DNA of 64,000 bases from the human T2T-CHM13v2.0 reference genome, Homo sapiens. Location of the stretch: the NCBI RefSeq assembly GCF_009914755.1, contig NC_060935.1; one strand, written 5' to 3'. Position numbers and translations under genes: made by a program. This document shows, in pieces, positions 41,640 through 56,915 of the stretch; positions within the stretch are counted from its first letter, which is position 1; every line of letters begins with the position of its first letter. Below the pieces are notes generated by a model. The model was not told where the DNA came from. It saw only the letters and a list, made by a program, of their open reading frames with translations, and ran no database searches.

Positions 41640-42616
41640 CAAAAATCCTTTCAAAATACTACTGCTAATAATTGACAATGTGCCCGGCCAGCCAGGAGGT
41701 CTGATGGAGACATACATGGAGTTTAGTGTTGTTTACATGCCTGCTAACACAATATCCATTCTTCAGCCTATGAATCAACAAGTAATTTTGACTTTCATGT
41801 CTTATTATTTCTAAAATACATTTCATAAAGCCATAACTGTCATAGATGGTAATCCCTCAGATGGATATGGGCAAAGTAAGTTGGAAACCTTCTGGAAAGG
41901 ATTCACCATTCTAGGTGTCATTAAGAACATTCATGAGTCATGAGAGAAGGTAAAAATATCAGCAACAGGAGTTTGGAAGAAGTGATTCCAACCCTCATGG
42001 ATGACTTTGAGATGTTCCAATACTTCCAGTCAAGGAAATAACTGAAGATGTAGTGAAAAGAGCAGGAGAACTAGAATTAGAAAGTGAGTTCAAAGATGGG
42101 ACTGAACTCCTACAATCTCATGATAAATCTTAAATGGATGAGGAATTGCTTCTTATAGATCAGCAAAGAAAGTGGTTTCTTGAGGCGGAATATACTCTGG
42201 TGAAGTTGCTATAAGCATTGTTGAAATGACAACAAAGAATTTAGAATATTACCTAAACTTAGTAGATAAAGCAGTGATAGAATTTGAAAGGACTGACTCC
42301 AATTTTAAGAGCAGTTCTAACGCGGGTAAAATGCCATCAAACAACATTTCATGCTACAGATAAATACCACTTCCTTTTGTGAAAGGAAGACTCATTTGAT
42401 GTGGCAAACTTCATTGTTGTCTTATTTTAAGAAATTGCCACAGCCACTGCCACCTTCAGCAATTGCCACCCTAATCAGTCAGCAGCCATCAACATTGAGG
42501 CAAGACCCTCAACTAGCAAAAAGAATCTAACCCACTGAAGGCTCAGATGATCACTTGCTTTTTTTTTTTAGCAATAAAGTATATTTGAATTAAGATTTAT
42601 ATATTTTTAGACATAA

Positions 42617-42970
<354 letters not shown>

Positions 42971-44789
42971 ACTTTTTATATGAATTGGGAAAACAAAACA
43001 TTTGTGTGATTTTTATTGTGATACTGTTTTATTGTGGTGGTCTGAAATCAAACGCACATTTTCTCCAAGGAATGCCTGTATACTTGTTTGAAAATGACTG
43101 AATTTGGAATAGACATTCTTGCTACATGTAAAGATAAAGAATAATATCTACCTCTGGGGAATAGCCACTATCATAGTTTGACTAGAAAAACTGTAATTTC
43201 ATTGGCAAGGATATTTCTTACAGTAAGTTCTTATCATTTCCATTTTGAAAAATATTGATGTAGATTGACCTCTAAGAAATGCTTCTTATAATCCTCAAGT
43301 ACTTTTGAAATTTAAGTACATTTCCTTTTTGTGGCTTTGTAATAATCATCGTAGTAAAGAATATTCTCAAATTATTCAAATAAAGTTAATTATAGATCAA
43401 ATGAAACTATCTTTTCAGTTGTTAATTTGCTAAAAACTAGTTGTTTCCAAGTCTTATTTAAATTTCTAACTTTTAAATAATGTATTTCAAGTAATTCTTT
43501 CCCAGATCTAGAACAAGACAGTGTATTCATTCTAGAAAATAAGCCCCTTAAGAAATGCCATTACTGTTCAGATTATTGATCTCAGCCTGCTGTCAGAGCC
43601 AAAGTGTTTAGCAAGACTATTTCAGGGACCTGAACAGGATATTTTTATTGGCAATGAGACAGCAGATTACCCACAGCTCAAATGGAAAGACCTAGTGGTG
43701 AGGTGTGTATCATTCTAACATTCTATTGATGTGCAGCACAGATGGTGAGATGTGCTGATGGATGAGGTTGTCTCAGCAGCAGAGTTGTCTTAGTCCTGCC
43801 AAGCACTTAAGTTGAACGACCTATTAAACATGGTTGACCTAAGGCAGTTGGAGATATTTATAAGTAACTACAGCTATTAAATGTGGACCTTCTAGTAGGC
43901 TCTAAATATAGCCTTTTTTTTTTTCCACATAGCTTTGACTTCTAGTTCCTAAAGCCATTCATTCAAGTTGAATTGGGGAAGAGAAGGAGCAAAAAGAGAG
44001 ATTTTCAGAATATCTGTAAACAAAATAACACTAGAATACTGAAAGAAGTTATAGCGTGAACTAAATAAAAATTTTCAGGAGGTAGCACTGATATAAAATA
44101 CTAATTAAAATTAAAAATTTGAATTATCTAAAATTTTAAAAAAATAAACTCAGGTTCTATGTAGAACCTAGGGTTTGCTATCAAATAATAACTTCCCCTC
44201 TGTTTCTACTCTACAGAAGACAAGTTAGTAGAAAAGTACACTGGATTATAAGTTATGGTAGTTGGGTAATTGTGTCATCCAAATTTTGGAGGTATCAGTT
44301 TCCTCATTTGTAAAATTAGAGTTAGTAGATGTAAACTTTTTCTTACAAACTATTAACTTTTGCTTTTCTGTTCCATTTCACACATCAATATTTATTGAGT
44401 CTTACTTAGAACTCCTGTGTATAAAATAGAATAGTACTTAATATTTAGGTTGTTCTTAGATATGGGTTTTTTCATAACACTTATATGACCTTCTATCTAA
44501 CTTATCTGTAAGTATCATAAGGGCAATAATTATTGTTTTTTTGCTCATTGATTTATTTCAAGCACTTTTACATATAGTAAACACTCAACATTTGTCAAAT
44601 AATGATTAAATGAAACAATACATGTAAAGTGCTTAGCACAGTAATTGGCACAAAGTATTTGATAAATGGTCCTATAAATGGTTCTGATAAGTGGTTTTAT
44701 TAACACCCACAGTGCCATCTCACTAAGATAGTTGGAAGAAGTTAGGATATTTCAAAGAGAAGTTGGAGAGTACTGAGGACCACACTGTT

Positions 44790-45020
44790 GTTCCCAAATA
44801 TTTGAAAGAGCATCACGTTACTTTTAAAGAAAAAAAAACATGGGCCAAGAGGCAGAAACTGCAGGGAGACAGTTTTAAAATTTGGAGTAAGGAAGACCTA
44901 ACAAAACTGCTCAAAAATGAAATGAACTGATGTTCAAGTAAATGTCAAATTACTAAATAGCCAGTTAATGTGGGGATAAAAAAAATCTAACTAGAGGCTA
45001 TAAATTTAGTATTCCATGAA
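44790..45020 (+). mobile_element. L3/CR1-like 3' remnant
   Basis: AAATATTTGAAAGAGC...GAAACTGCAGGGAGACAG...GTAAGGAAGACCTAAC...AAAATGAAATGAACTG resembles CR1/L3 3' ends. Confidence 0.45.
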
Positions 45021-45943
45021 TTAAATGATATGGAAAGAACTCTATGTTTATCATATACAAAATAGATTTTAAAATACCCAAAATATAAAATTTTGCAATG
45101 CTTCTGGAAATAAAATCATACATGGAAAATGGCAAATATTATAAAAGCCAATCTATTTACTTAGTGTACATGGGATCAAAGAACATTTGCTTTTTGGCAA
45201 ATACACCATATGACTGAAAACAAATGCTGCTGATTTTTCTTATTAATGCTGGCAAATGGAGCAGATAGGAATCGTGGAATTCTTTATTCCCTATCAGAAA
45301 AACAGAACTACTTAAAGCTAGATTTTTTTTCTTTTCTGTTATTTTTACTGCAGTGGTAACACTGCACTTCAGAATACAGTATAAGAATATTGGCAGTTGG
45401 CATGTTTGTGGGTTGTATGAAACTAACTGGTACATCATTCCTGCCAACTAGCGACGATTTTGACAAAATATATGACATTGATAAAAAAGGAATCTCACTC
45501 AATATCATTTTTATTGAAGGATGTGTGGCCTCATACCAAAATAGCCCCATCAATCTATTGCCATCAGATCGGACAGAAAAGAATTGGGTACATAAAATGG
45601 CTGTCATAAAATGTATCCCAGCTGGAGCTAAGTCTGATCACAGACGGTCAGTTAAGCATTTGGAAAATGAAGGAAGTACATTTCCCTTAATAAGCCATCA
45701 AAAGTTAATAACAAGTGACTTGGCTCTCTATTTGGGGCAGAAATCCTGAGAAAGATGCAGTGGATTCTAAGGTTTTTGCTGTTCTTTACACTGGCTACGT
45801 GTTAATAAAAAGATATATGGTACATAATGTTTTAAAGGTATGCAATGAAGAAGCAGCTTCCCTACCACTTATAAGTTCCAGTGTTACCATCTCAGAAGTG
45901 CACCTCATTCACACATTCAAAACTACGATGTTGTCTTACTAAT

Positions 45944-46532
45944 TATGATAGTTAATTTTATGTGTCTAGTGCCTGGGCTATGAGTGCCCAGACATTTTAA
46001 CAGACATTAATCTGCCTGTGTCTGTGAGAGTGTTCTGGATGAAATTAACATTTGAAGCAGTAGACTGAGTAAAGCAGATTGCCCTCTCTAATATGGATGG
46101 ACTTCAAACAATCAACTGAAGACCTGAATAGTATTAAAAGGCTAAGAGGTAATGTTTTTTGCCTGATAGCATGAGATGGACATCGGTCTTTTTCAGTCTT
46201 CAGACTTGGACTGAAACATTGGCTCATCTTGAATTGCAAGCCTACCAACTTTCAGACTGCAAATTAATATTATCAACTTTCATAGTTCTAAGACCTTTGG
46301 ACTTGGATTGAAACTACATATTGGCTCTCTTGGGTCTTTAATCACATGAACCAATTCCTTGTAGTAAATATCATATGTGTATATATATATATACACACAC
46401 ACATATGTATATACACACACACACAAATTTATACATACACATATATATGTGTGCAGGACACATATATGCATATTTTTTATTATATATGTATATACTTTTG
46501 GTTTTATTTCTCTGGAGAATTTGACTAATACA
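45944..46532 (+). mobile_element. ERVL solo LTR, MLT2D-like, with an internal TA/CA simple repeat
   Basis: GATAGTTAATTTTATGTGTC...TTAACATTTGAA..AGTAGACTGAGTAAAGCAGATTGCCCTC...TTTCTCTGGAGAA...GACTAATACA; near-TSD CTAAT / CTGAT. Confidence 0.88.
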
Positions 46533-47135
46533 CTGATTCAGCCACAACAACAGGGAATGTGCTGAGTTGTGTCAATCAAGTGAATTATCCAGATAATTAA
46601 AGTCAATCTCTGTAGAAGCTGGTATTTTGGTATCTTGTCTAGAAACAATGTAGGTCACCAGGCACCTACATTTTTGTGATATAAAATAACAAGCCAATTT
46701 TCTAATGCTTTAAAAATGTGCTCTGAAAGCAATCCCTCATTTTCAAACCCAAAATTCTATGATTCAACATTATAAACCAAGCTCATGTAGTCATTCTCAA
46801 AATCAGCTTTAAAAGCAACTATGAGTTTGAGTCATGTTTACTTTCCAAGTGAATTACTCAAGCATATAAAAATCCATTTCATTACCTTACAGTCATGGTT
46901 TTTAGGACTTAAAGATGCATCATCTTCATTTGTTGATTCCTGTTACTATTAATCAGCACATGGCGGATCTACTTATTTTCCATGATTTTCTCCAGGCACA
47001 GGTGCGTTATGAAATTTAAGCTCTATTTCCACTGCACAGATTAAGCTTTGAAAGAATTTTTTATCATACACTAAAAGCTACCCTTCAGTGCTGCCAAATT
47101 CCTGGTATTAACTCCATGTAAATTTTCTTATTATC

Positions 47136-47640
<505 letters not shown>

Positions 47641-48124
47641 GCAATTCATCATCCTTTTATGACTCAAAATAGCTCTTATTCTAAATATGAGCTGATGGAA
47701 ATATTTATCTGCTATTTTTTTGCATTCTATCTCACTTCCCTTTACTTCTCATTAATGACAATTTCATCCCACTGAGATTTTTGTATTTAAAGATATAGTA
47801 CATATAAGTAATACATGTAGTTTATATAGTATAGATGTTGCCATATAAATATTTTATAAAGTATTATATTATATATAATATTCAGTATATTATATACTTA
47901 TAATCATGAGAATTTATGGTTTGGTCTTAATTGAAAAACTGAGATCCTTGCTTAAGATTTAGTCTTGTCGCAGGTGAATGTGTAAACTTATGAAAAACAT
48001 TTACAGTTTTATCCTATACAACCATGGGGAAGTTATTGATAAGGAAAAAAAGTTCAAAGTCTTTTGCAAAATTTGGGGACTAAGGACAAATGTTAGTCTT
48101 TAAAAATTAATGAAAAGGGGATTA

Positions 48125-48350
48125 ATATTGACAGTCAGCTATATGCCAGGACACAAGGACCTTTATATATGTGATCTAATTTAGCACTCACAATAAAATA
48201 TTGATGTAGCTATTATGGGCTCCATTCAATACATAGATCAGAAAACAGAGCAGTTAGGTCCATATTTACCTTGAGTTACACTAGCAGTAAGTGGAGGGCT
48301 GAACTCATTCACAGATCTAATAGCATAGGTTCTGCTCCCTCTACTTGTCT
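48125..48350 (-). mobile_element. MIR
   Basis: TATGCCAGGACAC...ATCTAATTTAGCACTCACAATAA...GTTACACTAGCAGTAAGTGGAGGGCTG. Confidence 0.6.
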
Positions 48351-51076
48351 AAGGCTGACTCTTGGGAGTCTCAGAATTCTAATTACATCCGCATTTCTCT
48401 TTCCCATTTCAGAGTGACAATTCTCCAATTTTAGATATTTTTGGAACATTTTAAGGCTCTATATTTTATACAGGGCTCATATTCTGAATTTTCAAAATAT
48501 TAGATATATAAGGGGGATTGCTTTGAAGAATACAAGAGGCTATTACAAGATAACCAAGCTGTAGAACATATAAGGATGTGACTGACTTAAAAATCAACTT
48601 GACCTAGGAACTGGAATCTCATCAGGAGGAGTAGATATCAAATTAATAAGGAGCACTGTGGGCATTCAGTTGCATAGGGTTCACTACATGTCTATAACTG
48701 CAATAAATACAACTCCACAACAATTTGATTTTGGGAAAGTCAGTTTATATATGTTAGCTCACTGCTCCTTACAACAACTCTGTGATAAAGGTTAATGTTC
48801 TCTTCCCTTGGCTGATAAAACTGAAGTTCAAATACAGATAGTAGGTGTCAGGATCTTAGTTTGAACACAAATCTCTGATTCCTGTCCTGATGTGGGTGCT
48901 ACCATACCACAGGTACCTTGCTGCAAATGAAATCTGTTAACTTTGAGGGTGGATTTTGGTGAAGTTTTATCTCCATGAACAAACTGCAAAGGGCAGAGCA
49001 GAGCAGGTCAGCTTGAATCTCAGCCAAAAATACTGGTGGGCCAGCTGCATCTTTTCCCTCCTTCTCCAGAATTAAAAGCAACAAGAAGCCTCTGTCATGA
49101 TGGCAGGTGGGCAATCTAGTTATTTTGCAATTAACAAAGTTTAAAGGGCACTTTCTGAAAAATGTGCCAAAGGGCCTAAATTACCAGTTTTACACTAATG
49201 TGAGTAATCTATTATTCTTTCATTTATTTTTAGCTAACTCTGTTTTTCAACAGACTGTCTTGCATTTCATGTTTTGATTTAAGGCAGAGGCATTTGCATA
49301 AATAATTTGAAATTAGGTAAGTGATTGTGATGTGAATTTATCGAGAATTTCACATCATTTATTTACTTTTATTCTCAATACATTCACTGTTAAACAAGAA
49401 AAGACATCTAAAAAATTCAGATTATTTAGCATTTTGTTCCTAACAGCTTTAACACTGTTTATGTTTATATAATATGTTGTAGAGAAGCAGCTTGAAATAG
49501 TGGAGAGAACTTTGTTATTAGAGAAACCTGAGTTCAACTTCAATTTATATAGTCTTTTTAATCTCAGCTTTCTGAAGTAACACTGCTTAATATCCAGATA
49601 TTTTAATATTATATTTAATGTATGTAAACTATCTGGTAGGTCACCTGAACCCAATTAATTGAACCTACTGAAATTATAAAGAATATTCTAGACAGAGTTT
49701 AGCTACTCTTTACTGGAGCATCCAAAACAAAACAGTGGAGAAAATGGCACTATTACTGTACACTAGACTAAAAAATTAAGCTTACACTAGCAGAATAAAG
49801 TATTATTTTCCCAGAGCAAATCCCAAGCTGTACTCTTTAAAATTAAAAAAGGCAGGGGGTATATGAAAAATTTTCACTCAATTTTGCAGTGAATCAAAAA
49901 CTGCTCTAAGAAAGAAAGTTTACTTGAAACATTTAAATAAGAAACAGTTTTAACACATGTGTGACATAAAAATTTTACAGAATATAATTTTGATTTAACA
50001 AAAGAAATCCTTTGTAAGCTGGGAGACAAAGAGAATATGTCTTCCAATAAAATGGAAAAGACTGAAGTGTTGAGACTTTCTGGTAGTTGATAGAAACACT
50101 GTATTCTATAATTATACATTTTAAAATAATGAAAAAATGCAGCAAAAAAAAGTCTACAGGCTTCTCAAATAAAAATAGAACACATTTCAAGTAATATGTA
50201 GAATGAGGAAAAAGCTAAGGAAGTAACTATTACTTTTTCCAATAGAGGGAAACAAGTAACTGAGAAAGAAAGCTGTGGTATAAAATATGAAACTAACATG
50301 TGACTTCATTTTAAATAAATAGAAGTAAGACAGAATCCATAGAACGTTCTTCTTTAGGTAGCAGAGGGTTTACAACTTGGAATTATGTGGAGAAAATGTA
50401 ATCATAGCCCAATGTCTTCACTCGTAGCTCACGCTACTTACAGGTATAACGATGCAAATGTCAATCATTGATTTTCAACCTTAAGAATCCACCTATAGAC
50501 AAATGGAAAAACTCATTATGCAATAAAATATATTTGTTATCAACTTTTACAATGACAATTAAAGAGAAAGATGATGAAGTCTGAGAGGTAGATGCAGGGA
50601 AAGTTGTTGGGAAGAGGAAGGCCATTAAAGTCACTCACTCCCAATTTGGAAGTCAAGATATACAGAAAATAAAATGTATGTGATTAAGGGAATTATTTGA
50701 TGCTAAAATAATCAGGAGGCAGCTAATGTAGTGAGATAATTATATTAAAAGAAGGAATAAGAAGATGTACAAGGTAAGAGATAATGTCTATAGTCATTTA
50801 AAAGTAGTTACTTTTTAAAAAGACATATTCATATTAGAGATATGGAGGTGAAAATAAAAGGATGAAAAACTAAAACACTTTTTTTCACTTTAAGCTCTGC
50901 TGTACTATTTGACTTTTGAAAATATGAAAATATACATTTAATAAAAAAATAAACTAGCATACTTAAAAGTCATTGAAAGGAGAGAGTTGATGCAGATAAT
51001 TTTTAAAGTAATTGTCTTCTCTCTGCTTTATCATTTTATCCTGTTTTAGGGATAAAATTCACAGAAGTTCTTTATA

Positions 51077-51390
51077 TGCTACTCTTGGTGGAAATGTAAA
51101 TTAGTACACCCATTAATAGAAAACTTCACGGAAGTTCCTCAACAAAACTAAAAACAGAATTATCATATGATAATCACCCCTACCCCTGGCTACCTTTCCA
51201 GCTAATTTTAACTGCACTCTCATGTTCATGGCAGCATTATTTACAAAAGCCAAGTTATATCCATCAACAGATAAATGAATTAAAAAATGTGGTGTATATA
51301 TATATATATATATATACACAATGAAATACTAGTCAGCCTAAAAACCCTAAAAAATGGGTTTAAAAAGAAAAATTTCTGCCATTTGCAACA
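51077..51390 (+). mobile_element. L1M 3' ORF2 fragment
   Basis: GGTGGAAATGTAAATTAGTACA...CATGTTCATGGCAGCATTATTTACAAAAGCCAAG...ATCCATCAACAGATAAATGAAT...GCCATTTGCAACA. Confidence 0.75.
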
Positions 51391-51840
51391 TCAGCATATT
51401 ATTCATTTTTGTACCGCTAATGGGACCTGTTAGATAACTAACACATGTTGAATAAAGAAATAAATTATTGAATGAGCAGTACAAAATAATCAATGTCTAT
51501 TTCCAGATTAAAATAATTGCCCAACTATGTGACCAGCAATCAGGATTGCCATATTGTGTCTAGGGGGCGTCACTCTAATAAGCTATTATAAAATATTTCA
51601 CTTAAAACATGAACAGAGTTGCACAATAATCAAAATATTTACCCTGAGGACCCCAGTTTTTTCCTCAGATCGTAACAGATTTTAATAATTCAACCTCAAA
51701 TACTGTTTAAAGCTAGTGCTTTCACTAATACTATTTGACCTGAATTTCATCAGCTGGGATCTGGAAGTATCTGCCTACATTGACCCTATAAAGCACACAT
51801 TGGAAACAGGATTTGTTAAAGAGTAACTATAAAACTTTCT

Positions 51841-52050
51841 TCTGTAACAGAGACTGGGGACCCCAAAAGGGAAGAGGTCAGGAAGGGAGTAAGGGTTGAA
51901 AAATTATTTATTGGGTACAATGTTCACATCTGGCTGATGGGTACACTACAAGCCTCAAATCCAACAAAGGGCAATATACCCATGTAACAAACCTGCACAT
52001 GAACACCCTGGATATAAAATAAAATTAAATTAAATTAAATTATAAAATAA
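51841..52050 (+). mobile_element. Heavily 5'-truncated L1PB-type 3' end (~210 bp)
   Basis: AGGGTTGAAAAATTA...TTGGGTACAATGTTCAC...ATACCCATGTAACAAACCTGCACATG plus an A-rich tail; TSD AAAACTTTCT at 51831-51840 and 52051-52060. Confidence 0.85.
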
Positions 52051-53534
52051 AAAACTTTCTGCTAACCTAGGAAAAATGTTTTATTTGAACTGTATATTAA
52101 AAGGCACCAAATCATACTTTAGTAAGTAATTTGTAATCATAGGTAAATGCTATTTCAGATGGTACAAATTCAATATCATTAACAACTGTGTTACATTGGC
52201 CACTTTAAGATAAAGATAATAAAGTATAACAGCATAGACAAGGTGTACCTAGTGAGATTTTCATTTTTCTGGCAAAATAGCCATTAAATATATTGTTTCA
52301 ATTTATCAATCTCGTGTGGTAGGGAAAACTATCATTAGAATCAAAACCAAACTATTATAATAATAGTAAAGATACAAGTAATTTTGTTTTCTTTGATACT
52401 TTTCTTTTTTTCATAGTATCTTTACTTCTCTTTCCATAAATCAGACCCTGATTCACTGCATAGAAGCTTGTATACTATTTTATCTATCATCTCTTATTTT
52501 TCATTTTCCCAAACCCTACCAACCACTATTTTTTGTTTGGTACTTTTTACTATTCTCTTTCATATGTATCACAGACACCCCACATATTCTCATTTATTTA
52601 TTTTTACTAATGCTGTTCTTTCTACATGGAATACATTTTTCCATGTTGTACAAATTCAATTCCCTAGATTCCTTTAGGCTGGAGACTACATCTTCTCCAT
52701 AGTTCCATTATTTAATTACGGTATTTGTATAATCTCTGTAATTTGTAATTGCTAAAAAAGTTTATAATTGTGGATCCTTCACCTTTATAACAAGGCTGAT
52801 TATACTCATGATTTATTTGATGCTGAAAACTTGGTTAAAAATATAAACAACGATGCTGAATTTTTTCTTAGGAAACATAGCTCACTTTAAATAATGTGTT
52901 TTATCATGGGATTTCTAAAATGCCTCAGAGTCAGGAAATGAGTTAAGGTACTAAGTATTATAATAAATTAAAATAGATTTCTGTATTATATATGTTGCCT
53001 ATTGCATATATTCATTATATTTTGGATGTATTTACATATCCTTCTTTTCAAAACTGTGAGCCCATAGAGGGTAGTTAATGCTTTATTTAACTACATATCA
53101 TCACATGGTAGGTACTTACGTATTTCTTGTACAGAAAAGTAGTACAGAAAAATAGGCAAAAAAAATTTTGGAAGAGTAAATACATTTTTCTAAGCAGAAC
53201 ACCAAGCAGATGCTAAAAGAATGTGGAAAATACTTTTTCAGAAAGTATTCACTTCAGGAAATACTAAATCTTTGCAAAGAAAAGGAATAAGTGTAACCTT
53301 CTACAATAGAACTTTATTTTCCATCTTAGTTGGTCCAAATTATCTTTTCCTCACAAGGAAATTAAGATTCCCAATATAAACAATTATTTTAAAGTATATT
53401 TCAAGTGGCTTTAACTACTAATATCCTGTTGCTACTGTAAACACAGTTCATTTTACTGACAACTACTAGTGAAGTAAAATTTTCTTTCCTTATGTCCTTA
53501 TTCTATGAGCTTTTTACTATTTAATGTTGTTGTT

Positions 53535-54117
53535 TTTGTTTTTCTTACTTTTTAAACTTTTTTCTTAAAAGTAAAGACACAAACAAACATATTAACCTAG
53601 GCCTACACAGGCCAGGATTGTCAATATCACTGCCTTTCACGTCCACTTCCACATATTGCCCACTGGAAGGCCTTTAGGGGCAATAACATGCATGAAGCTG
53701 TCATCCCCTATGATAACAATGCCTTCTTCTGGAATACCTCCTGAAAGATCTGCCTGAAGCTAATTTATGGTGAATTTTTTAAATGTATATAAGTAGAAAA
53801 AGTACACTCTAAAATAATGATAAAAATATAGTATAGTTAATACATAAATCAGTAACATGGTCATTTATCATTGTTATCAAGTATGATGTCCTGTATATAA
53901 TTGTATGTGCGGTATCTTTGTACAACGGACATCACAGTAGGTTTGTTTACATTTGCATCACCACAAACACATGTGTAATACATTCTGCTATGACATGATG
54001 ATAGCTATGACATCACTAGATGAGAGGAAGTTTTTAGATCCATATATAATCTTATGGGACCACTGTGGCATATGCAGTCTGTCATTAACTAAAACATCAT
54101 TATATGGCATGTAACTT
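53535..54117 (-). mobile_element. Tigger3b/MER7-type DNA transposon fragment
   Basis: CCTAGGCCTACACAG...CCCACTGGAAGG...GATAACAATGCCTTCTTCTGGAATACCTCCTGAA...ATAATCTTATGGGACCAC. Confidence 0.85.
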
Positions 54118-54986
54118 TTAATTTGTTAAAATTTGCAAGTAGGGAATGAGCTAACAACAAAGACTGATTGTGTAACACGCATACTGATCTTTTTCACTCC
54201 AATGGTCTTTTTCATATCTGTATGTGTATAGATGATACTTAAGTTGTGCATAGTTTTTCATGATTTTGAACACTGTTACAAGAAACAAATTTCCTCCATT
54301 TTTGATTGTTTTCATTTCCATAAAGTAAAATCCTGAAATAAAAATGAAATTTCTTGGTCAAAATTTGAAATATTGGTCAAACAGTGTAACTATTTAGTAT
54401 TTTAGCAAACTTGCTCTCCAACAAGTTCCCACCAATTTATACTTTGATTAGAAGCATATGAGAATGCCTGTTTCTCCATACCTTCACCATTACTGGTTAT
54501 TGTCATGTTATTAAATTTTTGTCACCATATTGCTTGAATAAATGAGAGTTGTTTTAATTTTCAAAAAAATAAAAAATAAAACTCAGTCATCTCTCATGTG
54601 AGTTGTGACATTAGTCTGGCATGATATCATCCCCTAAATATACATATAAGCAGTGTCCAGTCTCCACTTCGTGTCCTTTAATGTGAATTAGAAGTGTTCA
54701 TCAAGAGATCTTAGCCCAAACTGCCCATATTGACAGGGTTGTGGCTTAAACTAGTGATTAACCAAAATGGCCAGGAGTGGGAAAAGCTTGACAGTGAAGC
54801 ACCTCTTCTTATTTTATTAACAGTTTCATAAAGATGTTCTTTTGTTTGATGCCATTTTTCCCACTACAGCCATATGTGCAATGGATGTGGCATTCTAAAC
54901 TCTGTATTACACTCATTTGTTTATATTTATCTCCTGTTACTAGACAGTGTCCTTTAATGCAGATATTTCTTTCACAACAAAACATT

Positions 54987-55092
54987 GTATATACTTATTT
55001 TTATGCAAATAAAGAAGGAAGTTAAATGATGCAAGAAATGTGTATACATATTTTTATGGAAAGAAAGAAGGAAGTTAAATGATCCAAGAAAT
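54987..55092. repeat. 53-bp tandem duplication (2 copies, 5 mismatches)
   Basis: Units 54987-55039 and 55040-55092 align without gaps. Confidence 0.9.
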
Positions 55093-55749
55093 ATTCCTAA
55101 AAATTCCTATATAATTGAGATTTAGGTGTTTAGGAACCTGGACATATGATTAATGTGAAAGTTTTAAAGCCAAAGGACTGGAATAAAAAGTTATCATTAT
55201 CATGCACCTTCATCAAGGTACCTGAATTATAAATGTCATGGATACGAAAACTTTGTTAACAAACAGTTTTCCAAGTTTTGAACAATGGCCCAATTATTTC
55301 TCATCCTGCCCTGGAGTCTTTCTATAACACGACCCATATACCACAGCATTAAGCATAAGGCATGGCATTATTGAATCTCATCCAAGGTGTTTATTATTGG
55401 AAGTACCAGAAGGATCTCATTTAGAAAATTTGCTTTAGTTATTACTCTAGGAATGGATTATGTCGTAACATTTGATGAACTCTTCAACAGTAAATTAAGC
55501 AGAAAACAAATTGCTAGTATAATTATGTAACAAATGTAGATAAGTTATAAGTTTATAACTATGCATCGCCCCACTCGTGGATTTTAAACTATATGTATAA
55601 AACATTATTTAAAGGAATACTAACCAGGGCTACTGAATATTGCCATAAAAGTACATGCCAAGTGGTTTGCTGAGTGGTATGCTGAGTTGGTGAATTTTCT
55701 TCTGGCTATCAAGTATGGAGTTAGAGAAAGAAGTTTGATCTTAAGAGCA

Positions 55750-56530
55750 AAGGTACATGTTGACCAAATAAATTTAGATATGGTAGAAAACAGGAAATCA
55801 GATTATTTAAAGAAGAATACGTGACAGTTTTAACTGCCATACATGTTGAGGACAACAAGTTTGAGTGTCATATTTGGTTTGGTAGATTCCTGAGCCCTGG
55901 AATCGAAAGTTGATTCTCAACATGTATCTACTCCCTCCAGCAACTCTAGTTCATATAACTGGGTTGAATGAACTGATACAAACATAACTGAAAGAAAACC
56001 AAATTTGGAAAGAAATTTTTAAATTTCTGTGAAATAGCCAAGTAGAAATGCCAAGTAGGAAATTAAATAAGAACATTCTGGCTAAGAGAATAGAAGTCTG
56101 AATTGGAACTATTTGGGAGTCCTCAGTATATGGATAGCAACAATAATAGATAAAAGTGTAGGAAGTGAAGGAAAGAGAGCTCTGAGTTATACCCTAAAGA
56201 ATTCAAATATGTGTGCATTAACTGAGAAGGAATAGCTCACAAAGACAATGAAGAAGAAGAGAAACCAAGATAATATATTCTTATGGAAATCAGGAAAAGA
56301 AACTGTTTTTACACTCTTTTTTTTAAAACACTCTGTTGAAAACTAAAGTAAGATGTGTAGTGAAAAAAATCCACTAATTCTGGCAACATAGTAGAAGATA
56401 TATAGGAGTAGGCTTGTGTGAATGGGAGTAAAAAAAGTGAAGACAATATATTTATACAACTTTTTTGAGACACTTGGCACTGAACAAGAGCTAAGAGTAT
56501 GGTGGTGATTAGAAGAGAATCTGGAAACTC
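55750..56530 (-). mobile_element. L2 fragment
   Basis: GTAGAAATGCCAAGTAGGAAATT...TTTGGGAGTCCTCAGTATATGGATAG...AAACCAAGA...AGTAAGATG...GAAGACAAT...ACAACTTTTTTGAGA. Confidence 0.65.
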
Positions 56531-56679
56531 AAGAAGTTTTCTTTGCTCATATTAAGAAGGGGTTATTTTAGGTAAAGTACTTAGCCCAGAGCATGGAACA
56601 GAGTAAGCACTGAATACAGGATTTTTTTATAATCATCATCATCACCATCCTCAACATTTATCTAGATCCTGTAAAATTA

Positions 56680-56915
56680 TTTGGTAAAAGGTTAATAATA
56701 ATATGAACAAATTATTGCACTATTCACTCCAAATGTGTTATTATTAAAACCAACCAACCTAATGAAGTTGCTATTATTTCCCACATTTCTAAAGAAGGTG
56801 TTGATGCTGAAACAATTTGCCAAATAATTGACAGCTAGTAAATAGAAGAGCTGAAATTTCAACCCTCATTCTGTCAAATTTCAAAGCCCATGCTCTTTGC
56901 CCTCCATATATTGTT
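56680..56915 (-). mobile_element. MIR
   Basis: AACCTAATGAAGTTGCTATTATTTCCCAC...TTTGCCAAA...ACAGCTAGTAAATAGAAGAGCTG...TCAAAGCCCATGCTCTTT. Confidence 0.7.
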
